Shown here: positions 41,001-53,000 of the stretch, piece after piece | Position numbering within the stretch: the first letter of the stretch is position 1 | Layout of the letters: each line of letters begins with the position of its first letter | NCBI GenBank assembly: GCA_918797485.1 | Contig: CAKKNE010000004.1 | Location: forward strand, 1,674,001-1,738,000 | Length of the DNA: 64,000 nucleotides | Reading direction: 5' to 3' | From: Pelagomonas calceolata | Taxonomy: Eukaryota | Made by a program: the position numbers and the translations under genes | Notes under the pieces: generated by a model | Database searches by the model: none | Told to the model about the DNA's origin: nothing | What the model saw: only the letters and a program-made list of their open reading frames with translations

Positions 41001-44000
41001 GCGACCGCCGCTGACCCGCCGTCGCCGTTCGGAGCCCAGGACCGCGCCGCCGCTGTTGCCCGTCGCGCCGGTGCCCGAGCTGAACGCCAGACGTCCGCTA
41101 CTACCGCCGCCGCCAGCGTTCGCGCCGCGCACGCGCACGACGCCGCTGCTCGTCCCGGCTCCGCGGCCCGAGGCCACGCCAGCGCCGCCGGCCGCCGGTC
41201 GCTTCCGTGCTGGACCCGGCTTGCAACACAAGGGCGCCGCCGGCGGCAGAGCTCGTCCCGCTCCCGATCACGACTCGCACCGCGCCGCCGCGACCCGCGG
41301 TCGACGCGCCCGTCCCGGCGCAAATCCGCCCGCTGTTGCCACCCTTCGAGGACCCCGAGGCGAACCTGAGCGCGCCGCTGGCGCCGGCCGCGCCCGCATT
41401 TGCGCTCGAGATGCGGATCGCGCCGCCGCTCGCCGCGGTGCCCTCGCCGGTCCGGGCCCGGACCGACCCTCCGCTCGTCGCCGCGCTCCCGCCGGAGGCC
41501 AGCTGCGTCGACCCGCCGCCCCCGCTCGTCCCGCTCCCGACGCTCACCGTCGCCGCTCCGCCGCGGCCGGCGGTGCCCGATCCTGAGCCCAGCAGCACCG
41601 CGCCAGAGTTGCCGGTCTGCGACGTTCGGAGCTGAAGACCAGGCGCCCGCTCGACCCGGCGCCTCCGGCGTTCCCGCTCGCCACGCGCACGGCGCCGCCG
41701 CTCGCCGCGCTGCCCTCGCCGCCCGTCGCCGCGCAGGCGCCTCCGGTCGCCGCGGTGCTCGCGCCACCGCGCGCGCAGACGGCGCCGCCCGCGCCGCTGG
41801 TGCCGCTGCCGACCGCCGCCGAGACCGCGCCGCCCCTCCCGCCGGTCGCGCCACCAGAGCCAAAGCTCGCGGCCCCGCTGTTCCCGGACTTGGACGTCCC
41901 CGAGGTAAACACCAGGCGCCCGCTGCCTCCGCTCGCGCCGCCTTTCGCGCTCGCCACCTCCACGGCGCCGCTCGACGCCGCTGTTCCCTCTCCTCCCAGG
42001 GCGACTGCGCGTCCTCCGGTCCCCTTTGCCCCGGCCCCGACCGCGTCGCGGCCCGCGACGAGGGCCAGGCCACCTCCGGCCCCGGACGTCCCGCTGCCCG
42101 CGGTCGCAACCCGCGCGACCGACCCCCGCTGACCCGCCGTCGCCGTTCGGAGCCCAGGACCGCGCCGCCGCTGTTGCCCGTCGCGCCGGTGCCCGAGCTG
42201 AACGCCAGACGTCCGCTACTACCGCCGCCGCCAGCGTTCGCGCGCGCGCGACGCGCGCGACAACGCCGCTGCTCGTCCCGGCTCCAGCGGCCCGAGGCCA
42301 CGCCCGCGCCGCCGCCGGTCGCTTCCGTGCTGGACCCGGCTTGCAACACAAGGACGCCGCCGGCAGAGCTCGTCCGCTCCCGATCACGACTCGCACCGCG
42401 CCGCCGCGACCCGCGGTCGACGCGCCCGTGCCGGCGCAAATCCGCCCGCTGTTGCCACCTTTCGAGGACCCCGAGGCGAACCTGAGCGCGCCGCTGGCGC
42501 CGGCCGCGCCCGCATTTGCGCTCGAGATGCGGATCGCGCCGCCGCTCGCCGCGGTGCCCTCGCCGGTCCTGGCCAGGACCGACCCTCCGCTCGTCGCCGC
42601 GCTCCCGCCGGAGGCCAGCTGCGTCGACCCGCCGCCCCCGCTCGTCCCGCTCCCGACGCTCACCGTCGCCGCTCCCCGCGGCCGGCGGTGCCCGCCCGAC
42701 CGAGCCCAGCAGCACCGCGCCAGAGTTGCCGGTCTGCGACGTTCCGGAGCTGAAAACCAGGCGCCCGCTCGACCCGGCACCTCCGGCGTTCCCGCTCGCC
42801 ACGCGCACGGCGCCGCCGCTCGCCGCGCTGCCCTCGCCGCCCGTCGCCGCGCAGGCGCCTCCCGGTCGCCGCGGTGCTCGCGCGCCAGCGCGCGCAGACG
42901 GCGCCGCCCGCGCCGCTGGTGCCGCTGCCGACCGCCGCCGAGACCGCGCCGCCCCTCCCGCCGGTCGCGCCGCCAGAGCCAAAGCTCGCGGCCCCGCTGT
43001 TCCCGGACTTGGACATTCCCGAGGTAAACACCAGGCGCCCGCTGCCTCCGCTCGCGCCGCCTTTCGCGCTCGCCACCTCCACGGCGCCGCTCGACGCCGC
43101 TGTTCCCTCTCCTCCCAGGGCGACTGCGCGTCCTCCGGTCCCCTTTGCCCCGGCCCCGACCGCGTCGCGGCCCGCGACGAGGGCCAGGCCACCTCCGGCC
43201 CCGGACGTCCCGCTGCCCGCGGTCGCAACCGCGCGACCGCCGCGGCCCGCCGTCGCCGTTCCGGAGCCCAGGACCGCGCCGCCGCTGTTGCCCGTCGCGC
43301 CGGTGCCCGAGCTGAACGCCAGACGTCCGCTACTACCGCCGCCGCCAGCGTTCGCGCCGCGCACGCGCACGACGCCGCTGCTCGTCCCGGCTCCGCGGCC
43401 CGAGGCCACGCCCGCGCCGCCGCCGGTCGCTTCCGTGCTGGACCCGGCTTGCAACACAAGGACGCCGCCGGCAGAGCTCGTCCCGCTCCCGATCACGACT
43501 CGCACCGCGCCGCCGCGACCCGCGGTCGACGCGCCCGTGCCGGCGCAAATCCGCCCGCTGTTGCCACCTTTCGAGGACCCCGAGGCGAACCTGAGCGCGC
43601 CGCTGGCGCCGGTCGCGCCCGCATTTGCGCTCGAGATGCGGATCGCGCCGCCGCTCGCCGCGGTGCCCTCGCCGGTCCTGGCCAGGACCGACCCTCCGCT
43701 CGTCGCCGCGCTCCCGCCGGAGGCCAGCTGCGTCGACCCGCCGCCCCCGCTCGTCCCGCTCCCAACGCCACCGTCGCCGCTCCGCCGCGGCCGGCGGTGC
43801 CGATCCTGAGCCCAGCAGCACCGCGCCAGAGTTGCCGGTCTGCGACGTTCCGAGCTGAAGACCAGGCGCCCGCTCGACCTGGCGCCTCCGGCGTTCCGCT
43901 CGCCACGCGCGCGCGGCGCCGCCGCTCGCCGCGCTGCCCTCGCCGCCCGTCGCCGCGCAGGCGCCTCCGGTCGCCGCGGTGCTCGCGCCACCGCGCGCGC

Positions 44001-47000
44001 AGACGGCGCCGCCCGCGCCGCTGGTGCCGCTGCCGACCGCCCGCCGAGACCGCGCCGCCCCCCCCCGGTCGCGCCGCCAGAGCCAAAGCTCGCGGCCCCG
44101 CTGTTCCCGGACTTGGACATTCCCGAGGTAAACACCAGGCGCCCGCTGCCTCCGCTCGCGCCGCCTTTCGCGCTCGCCACCTCCACGGCGCCGCTCGACG
44201 CCGCTGTTCCCTCTCCTCCCAGGGCGACTGCGCGTCCTCCGGTCCCCTTTGCCCCGGCCCCGACCGCGTCGCGGCCCGCGACGAGGGCCAGGCCACCTCC
44301 GCCCCGGACGTCCCGCTGCCAGCGGTCGCAACCGCGCGACCGCCGCTGACCCGCCGTCGCCGTTCGGAGCCCAGGACCGCGCCGCCGCTGTTGCCCGTCG
44401 CGCCGGTGCCCGAGCTGAACGCCAGACGTCCGCTACTACCGCCGCCGCCAGCGTTCGCGCGCGCGCGCGACGCGCACAACGCCGCTGCTCGTCCCGGCTC
44501 CGCGGCCCGAGGCCACGCCCGCGCCGCCGCCGGTCGCTTCCGTGCTGGACCCGGCTTGCAACACAAGGACGCCGCCGGCAGAGCTCGTCCCGCTCCCGAT
44601 CACGACTCGCACCGCGCGCGCGCGACCACGCGGTCGACGCGCCCGTCCCGGCGCAAATCCGCCCGCTGTTGCCACCTTTCGAGGACCCCGAGGCGAACCT
44701 GAGCTCGCCGCTGGCGCCGGTCGCGCCCGCATTTGCGCTCGAGATGCGGATCGCGCCGCCGCTCGCCCGCGGTGCCCTCGCCGGTCCTGGCCAGGACCGA
44801 CCCTCCGCTCGTCGCCGCGCTCCCGCCGGAGGCCAGCTGCGTCGACCCGCCGCCCCGCTCGTCCCGCTCCCGACGCTCACCGTCGCCGCTCCGCCCGCGG
44901 CCGGCGGTGCCCGATCCCGAGCCCAGCAGCACCGCGCCAGAGTTGCCGGTCTGCGACGTTCCGGAGCTGAAGACCAGGCGCCCGCTCGACCCGGCGCCTC
45001 CGGCGTTCCCGCTCGCCACGCGCACGGCGCCGCCGCTCGCCGCGCTGCCCTCGCCGCCGTCGCCGCCGCGCAGGCGCCTCCGGTCGCCGCGGTGCTCGCG
45101 CCACCGCGCGCGCAGACGGCGCCGCCCGCGCCGCTGGTGCCGCTGCCGACCGCCGCCGAGACCGCGCCGCCCCTCCGCCGGTCGCGCGGCCAGAGCCAAA
45201 GCTCGCGGCCCGCTGTTCCCGGACTTGGGCGTTCCCGAGGTAAACACCAGGCGCCCGCTGCCTCCGCTCGCGCCGCCTTTCGCGCTCGCCACCTCCACGG
45301 CGCCGCTCGACGCCGCTGTTCCCTCTCCTCCCAGGGCGACTGCGCGTCCTCCGGTCCCCTTTGCCCGGCCCGACCGGCGTCGCGCCCGCGACGAGGGCCA
45401 GGCCACCTCCGGCCCCGGACGTCCCGCTGCCCGCGGTCGCAACCAGCGCGACCGACCGCCGCGGCCCGCCGTCGCCGTTCCGGAGCCCAGGACCGCGCCG
45501 CCGCTGTTGCCCGTCGCGCCGGTGCCCGAGCTGAACACCAGACGTCCGCTACTACCGCCGCCGCCAGCGTTCGCGCCGCGCACGCGCACGACGCCGCTGC
45601 TCGTCCCGGCTCCGCGGCCCGAGGCCACGCCCGCGCCGCCGCCGATCGCTTCCGTGCTGGATCCGGCTTGCAACACAAGGACGCCGCCGGCAGAGCTCGT
45701 CCCGCTCCCGATCACGACTCGCACCGCGCCGCCGCGACCCGCGGTCGACGCGCCCGTCCCGGCGCAAATCCGCCCGCTGTTGCCACCCTTCGAGGACCCC
45801 GAGGCGAACCTGAGCGCGCCGCTGGCGCCGGTCGCGCCCGCATTTGCGCTCGAGATGCGGATCGCGCCGCCGCTCGCCGCGGTGCCCTCGCCGGTCCTGG
45901 CCAGGACCGACCCTCCGCTCGTCGCCGCGCTCCTGCCGGAGGCCAGTTGCGTCGACCCGCCGCCCCCGCTCGTCCCGCTCCCGACGCTCACCGTCGCCGC
46001 TCCGCCGCGGCCGGCTGTCGCCGAGCCTGAACCCATGGCCACGTCTCCGGTGTTTCCTGTCACCGCCGAGCCCGAGCTAAACGCGAGCCGGCCACTGCCC
46101 CCGCTCGCGCCACCATTCGTCGAAGTGACGCTTATGATTCCACTGCTAGCTAGAACATCTTCTCTCGAGACTACTGCAGTTGGCCCTCCGCCCCTGGCGC
46201 TCCCGCGACCCGATACTATCGTCGAGATTGCCCCCACCCCGCTAGTGCCACTTCCCACGATCACATGTACAGACCCACCGCGCCCCTTGGTACTAATGCC
46301 GACACCGATGGTGATTCGACCGCTGTTTCCCAGATTGCTCAACCCCGAGCTAAAGGCCAGCTGACCGCTCGAACCAGCTGCGCCGCCATTTCCGCTCGAT
46401 ACAAACAGCACCCCGCTGCTCGTCGACGCGCCGCCGCCGCCGCCGACCGTCAGCCATCCGCCGCTCGAGCCTCCGCTTCGACCCGACGTCCAGCCGAGCG
46501 GCCCTCCTCCTCCGCTCGCGCTGCAGCCCACACTCGCGCGAACGCCGCCTCCGCAACCTCCTGTCGTCGAGCCAGATCCGACGAGCACCTCGCCGCTGTT
46601 TCCTCCGGCGGCCGTTCCCGAGCTGAACACGAGTCGGCCGCTACTTCCGGTCGCTCCGGCATTGCCGCTTCCCAGGACCAGCATGCCGCTACTCGATGCG
46701 GTTCCGTCCCGCTGTCGACGCTGAAAGCCCCCCGCTGACCGCCGCGCTCCGACCCGCCGCCGCGATCATCGATCCCCAGACCCGCTCGTCCCGCCGCCGC
46801 GCTCACGGCCACGACGCCGGCGCGGCGTGCCGTCGACGTGCCGGACCCCAGGCTCGCCGCCCCTCCGTTCCCGCCGCCGCGCGCCCGAGCTGAACGCGAG
46901 CCGACCGCTGGCGCCAGCGGTTCCACCGTTTGCCGACGTGATGCGCACCAGGCCACTGCTTGCTGCGGTTCCTTCGCCCCCGACGGTCAGCACGCGCCCT

Positions 47001-50000
47001 CCGCTCGGCGCGTTGCTGCGCCCGGCCGCAAACGTCAGGCCACCGCCCCGCGGCGTCCCACTTCCAGCGCTCACGCTTGCCGCGCCCCGCGGCCCACCGT
47101 GCCGGTCCGGCCCGGCGCACAGCCGCCCGCTGTTTCCTGCCTTGCTCGACCCGGAGCTAAAGCACAGCCGCCCACTCGACCCCGGCGCCAGCGTTGGCGC
47201 CCGAGATGATTGCGATCCCAGAGCTCGCCGACGCGCTTCGCTCCGCTCGTCGCACTCAGGACCACCCGACGCAACGTCGCTGCGTCCAGACAACAGGCTC
47301 AACGCGCCCCCAAGCCCACTCGTCCCGCTGCCGGCGCTTTCGCGCTCGCGCGTCCGCCCGGCCGCCCGGTCGCCCGCGCGGACCCGACCGGACGCTCCCG
47401 CTGTTGCCAGAGGTCGACGCTCCGGCGCTGAACACTAGTCGCCCGCTCGCGGCGCCCGCGCCAGCGTTAGACGGCGTGCCGATACGCAGCGCCCGCCGCT
47501 GCCCGTCGTCCCCCTCCCGGAGCCCGCGGAGGGTACCGCCCGTGGCGTCGAGCCGACCGGACTCCAGGCTCAAGCCACCTCCAGACCCGCTCGTCCGCTG
47601 CCCGCGCCCAGCCGAGTCGCGCCGCCTCGCCCCGACGAGGCCGCGCCAGACCCGACGAGCAGCGCGCCGCTGTTGCCTTCCTTGGACGAGCCTGAGCTGA
47701 ACACCAGCTGGCTGCTCGCTCCGCCACCGCCGCCGTTCGCCGTGCGAACGTACACCGCGCCGCCGCTTGTGGCCGTGCCTTCGCCCGTCTCGACGCAGAC
47801 GCCGCCGCCCGTCGTCCCGGTGCTTCTCCCCGCGCCCAGCGACGTCGAGCCACCCAAACCGCTCGTTCCACTACCGACGGAGACGCGCGCTACTCCGGCC
47901 CGCCCTCCAACGCTCGGTCCAGAGCCGAGGGCAACCGCTCCACTGTTCCCGTCCTTGGACGACCCGGAGCTAAATGCCAACCGGCCGCCCGACCCACTCG
48001 CTCCGCTGTTTGTCGACCCGAGACTGAGATACCCGCTGCTTGAGCAGGTGCCATCGCCACTAATCAAATTCAGTACACCGCCTGACATCAATTTGACTTT
48101 TTGTAAGATTATGCTGAGACCAGCATTCGCCCCACTTGTCCCACTGCCACCACTCACTATTATTGCACCGCTCCGACCACCTGACGCGGTGCCCGAGTCA
48201 AGCGCTATCAACCCAGTGTTTCCTGACTTCGCAGATCCCGAGCTGAACGATACACATCCGCTTGATCCTGCAATCCCAATGGCCCCGCTCCGAACCGCCA
48301 GAGTGCCGCTGCTTGCGGATGAGCCGCCGGAGGTCGCGACCACGCCGCCACCACTATGTTCGCTTCCTCTTGCCGCATGCACCGTGATTGGACTCCCCGC
48401 GCCGCTTATCCCGCTTCCCACGTGCAAGTCCATCCTCCCGCCGCGGCCGGCTGTCGCCGAGCCTGAGCCCATGGCCACGTCTCCGGTGTTTCCTGTCACC
48501 GCCGAGCCCGAGCTAAACGCGAGCCGGCCACTGCCCCCGCTCGCGCCACCATTCGTCGAAGTGACGCTTATGATTCCACTGCTAGCTAGAACATCTTCTC
48601 TCGAGACTACTGCAGTTGGCCCTCCGCCCCTGGCGCTCCCGCGACCCGATACTATCGTCGAGATTGCCCCCACCCCGCTAGTGCCACTTCCCACGATCAC
48701 ATGTACAGACCCACCGCGCCCCTTGGTACTAATGCCGACACCGATGGTGATCCGACCGCTGTTTCCCAGATTGCTCAACCCCGAGCTAAAGGCCAGCTGA
48801 CCGCTCGAACCAGTTGCACCTCCGTTAAACGTGCTTACGCACATTGTTCCGCTGCTGGCTTGCCCTCCCTGACCGCCACACAAGGTAAGAGGCCCACCAA
48901 GAACTACGCTTGGCGCAGAGATTAGGTCAACTAGACTACCAAAGCCGCTAGTCCCACTGCCACCACTCACCGTTATTTCACCGCTCCGACCACCTGACGC
49001 GGTGCCCGAGTCAAGCGCTATCAACCCAGTGTTTCCTGACTTCGCAGATCCCGAGCTGAACGATACACATCCGCTTGATCCTGCAATCCCAATGGCCCCG
49101 CTCCGAACCGCCAGAGTGCCGCTGCTTGCGGATGAGCCGCCGGAGGTCGCGACCACGCCGCCACCACTATGTTCGCTTCCTCTTGCCGCATGCACCGTGA
49201 TTGGACTCCCCGCGCCGCTTATCCCGCTTCCCACGTGCAAGTCCATCCTCCCGCCGCGGCCGGCTGTCGCCGAGCCTGAGCCCATGGCCACGTCTCCGGT
49301 GTTTCCTGTCACCGCCGAGCCCGAGCTAAACGCGAGCCGGCCACTGCCCCCGCTCGCGCCACCATTCGTCGAAGTGACGCTTATGATTCCACTGCTAGCT
49401 AGAACATCTTCTCTCGAGACTACTGCAGTTGGCCCTCCGCCCCTGGCGCTCCCGCGACCCGATACTATCGTCGAGATTGCCCCCACCCCGCTAGTGCCAC
49501 TTCCCACGATCACATGTACAGACCCACCGCGCCCCTTGGTACTAATGCCGACACCGATGGTGATTCGACCGCTGTTTCCCAGATTGCTCAACCCCGAGCT
49601 AAAGGCCAGCTGACCGCTCGAACCAGCTGCGCCGCCATTTCCGCTCGATACAAACAGCACCCCGCTGCTCGTCGACGCGCCGCCGCCGCCGCCGACCGTC
49701 AGCCATCCGCCGCTCGAGCCTCCGCTTCGACCCGACGTCCAGCCGAGCGGCCCTCCTCCTCCGCTCGCGCTGCAGCCCACACTCGCGCGAACGCCGCCTC
49801 CGCAACCTCCTGTCGTCGAGCCAGATCCGACGAGCACCTCGCCGCTGTTTCCTCCGGCGGCCGTTCCCGAGCTGAACACGAGTCGGCCGCTACTTCCGGT
49901 CGCTCCGGCATTGCCGCTTCCCAGGACCAGCATGCCGCTACTCGATGCGGTTCCGTCCCCGCTGTCGACGCTGAAAGCCCCACCGCTGACCGCCGCGCTC

Positions 50001-53000
50001 CGACCCGCCGCCGCGATCGCCGATCCCCCAGACCCGCTCGTCCCGCCGCCCGCGCTCACGGCCACGAGGCCGGCGCGACCTGCCGTCGACGTGCCGGACC
50101 CCAGGCTCGCCGCCCCTCCGTTCCCGGCCGCCGCGCGCCCCGAGCTGAACGCGAGCCGACCGCTGGCGCCCGCGGTTCCACCGTTTGCCGACGTGATGCG
50201 CACCAGGCCACTGCTTGCTGCGGTTCCTTCGCCCCCGACGGTCAGCACGCGCCCTCCGCTCGACGCGATGCTGCGCCCGGCCGCAAACGTCAGGCCACCG
50301 CCCGGCCGGCGGCGTCCCACTTCCAGCGCTCACGCTTGCCGCGCCCCCGCGGCCCACCGTCGCCGGTCCCGGCCCGACGCACAGCCGCCCGCTGTTTCCT
50401 GCCTTGCTCGACCCGGAGCTAAAGCACAGCCGCCCACTCGACCCCCCGGCGCCAGCGTTGGCCGCCGAGATGATTGCGATCCCAGAGCTCGCCGACGCGC
50501 TCGCTCCGCTCGTCGCACTCAGGACTCCACCCGACGCAACGTCGCTGCGTCCAGACAACAGGCTCAACGCGCCCCCAAGCCCACTCGTCCCGCTGCCGAC
50601 GCTCGCTCGCGCGTCCGCCCGGCCGCCCGGTCGCCGCGCGGACCCGACCGGACGCTCCCGCTGTTGCCAGAGGTCGACGCTCCGGCGCTGAACACTAGTC
50701 GCCCGCTCGCGGCGCCCGCGCCAGCGTTAGACGTGCCGATACGCAGCGCCCCGCCGCTGCCCGTCGTCCCCTCCCGGAGCCCGCGGAGGGTACCGCCCGT
50801 GAGCGTCGAGCCGACCGGACTCCAGGCTCAAGCCACCTCCAGACCCGCTCGTCCGCTGCCCGCGCCCAGCCGAGTCGCGCCGCCTCGCCCGACGAGGCCG
50901 CGCCAGACCCGACGCAGCAGCGCGCGCTGTTGCCTTCCTTGGACGAGCCTGAGCTGAACACCAGCTGGCTGCTCGCTCCGCCGCCGCCGCCGTTCGCCGT
51001 GCGAACGTACACCGCGCCGCCGCTTGTGGCCGTGCCTTCGCCCGTCTCGACGCAGACGCCGCCGCCCGTCGTCCCGGTGCTTCTCCCCGCGCCCAGCGAC
51101 GTCGAGCCACCCAAACCGCTCGTTCCACTACCGACGGAGACGCGCGCTACTCCGGCCCGCCCTCCAACGCTCGGTCCAGAGCCGAGGGCAACCGCTCCAC
51201 TGTTCCCGTCCTTGGACGACCCGGAGCTAAATGCCAACCGGCCGCCCGACCCACTCGCTCCGCTGTTTGTCGACCCGAGACTGAGATACCCGCTGCTTGA
51301 GCAGGTGCCCTCGCCACCTCCCACCACGACTGAAGCACCGCCGGTGGCAACCGCGCCTCGACCTGCGCCCAGGCGCACGCGGCCCCCCCGACCGCTGGTC
51401 CCGCTGCCAGCCACGATCAAAACTGCCCCCCCGCGGCCGGCTGTCCCGTACCCAGAGGCTAGAACCAAGCATCCACCGTTGCTAGAGAGCGAAGATCCCG
51501 AGCTGAAGCGAAGGGCTCCGGCCGAGCCGCAGAAGCCTGAGTTTGTGCTTTTTAGTATAAGGCTTGCACTGCTTGACCCGCTTCCAATGCCCGAGCTGGA
51601 CTCAAACCTTCCACCACTGTGACGTTCACTTCGACCCAACCCAATATACGCCCCACCACCCCCACTGGTCCCACTTCCCACGCTCACGCTGATTCTCCCA
51701 CCACCACCCTCTGTGGACGCACCAGACCCCAAGGCGCACCTCCCCGAGTTACCAGAGACGGATGATCCGGAACTGAAAGCAAGACGGCCGCTGCATCCAC
51801 CCAGACCACCATTCGTAGACTTCGCGACGACAGACCCCCCACTCATCCCTGCGCCTTCACCAGCCTGCAGATGCACGCCACCTCCGCTCCTCGATTCCGC
51901 CCTCCCGGATCGTATCTGCCCCGTACCACCGGCCGCACTCGTGCCGCTCCCAACACACAGATCGACGAGGCCCCCGCGGCCCGCCGTCGAAGCCGCGGAC
52001 CCCGCCCTAACTTGTCCATTATTTCCGCAACACGTCGATCCGGAGCTGAAGGCCAGCTGACCGCTCAAACCAGCTGCGCCGCCATTTCCGCTCGATACAA
52101 ACAGCACCCCGCTGCTCGTCGACGCGCCGCCGCCGCCGCCGACCGTCAGCCATCCGCCGCTCGAGCCTCCGCTTCGACCCGACGTCCAGCCGAGCGGCCC
52201 TCCTCCTCCGCTCGCGCTGCAGCCCACACTCGCGCGAACGCCGCCTCCGCAACCTCCTGTCGTCGAGCCAGATCCGACGAGCACCTCGCCGCTGTTTCCT
52301 CCGGCGGCCGTTCCCGAGCTGAACACGAGTCGGCCGCTACTTCCGGTCGCTCCGGCATTGCCGCTTCCCAGGACCAGCATGCCGCTACTCGATGCGGTTC
52401 CGTCCCCGCTGTCGACGCTGAAAGCCCCACCGCTGACCGCCGCGCTCCGACCCGCCGCCGCGATCATCGATCCCCAGACCCGCTCGTCCCGCCGCCGCGC
52501 TCACGGCCACGAGGCCGGCGCGACCTGCCGTCGACGTGCCGGACCCCAGGCTCGCCGCCCCTCCGTTCCCGCCGCCGCGCGCCCGAGCTGAACGCGAGCC
52601 GACCGCTGCGCGCCAGCGGTTCCACCGTTTGCCGACGTGATGCGCACCAGGCCACTGCTTGCTGCGGTTCCTTCGCCCCCGACGGTCAGCACGCGCCCTC
52701 CGCTCGACGCGATGCTGCGCCCGGCCGCAAACGTCAGGCCACCGCCCGACGCGCTCGTCCCACTTCCAGCGCTCGCGCTTGCCGCGCCCCGCGGCCCACC
52801 GTCGCCGGTCCCGGCCCGACGCACAGCCGCCCGCTGTTTCCTGCCTTGCTCGACCGGAGCTAAAGCACAGCCGCCCACTCGACCCCCCGGCGCCAGCGTT
52901 GGCCGCCGAGATGATTGCGATCCCAGAGCTCGCCGACGCGCTCGCTCCGCTCGTCGCACTCAGGACTCCACCCGACGCAACGTCGCTGCGTCCAGACAAC

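Noticed and set aside
15915..46015. Non-coding centromeric satellite or CRISPR-like array
   Set aside because: The unit length is a multiple of three, continues in frame into unique coding sequence, and has no repeat-spacer structure.
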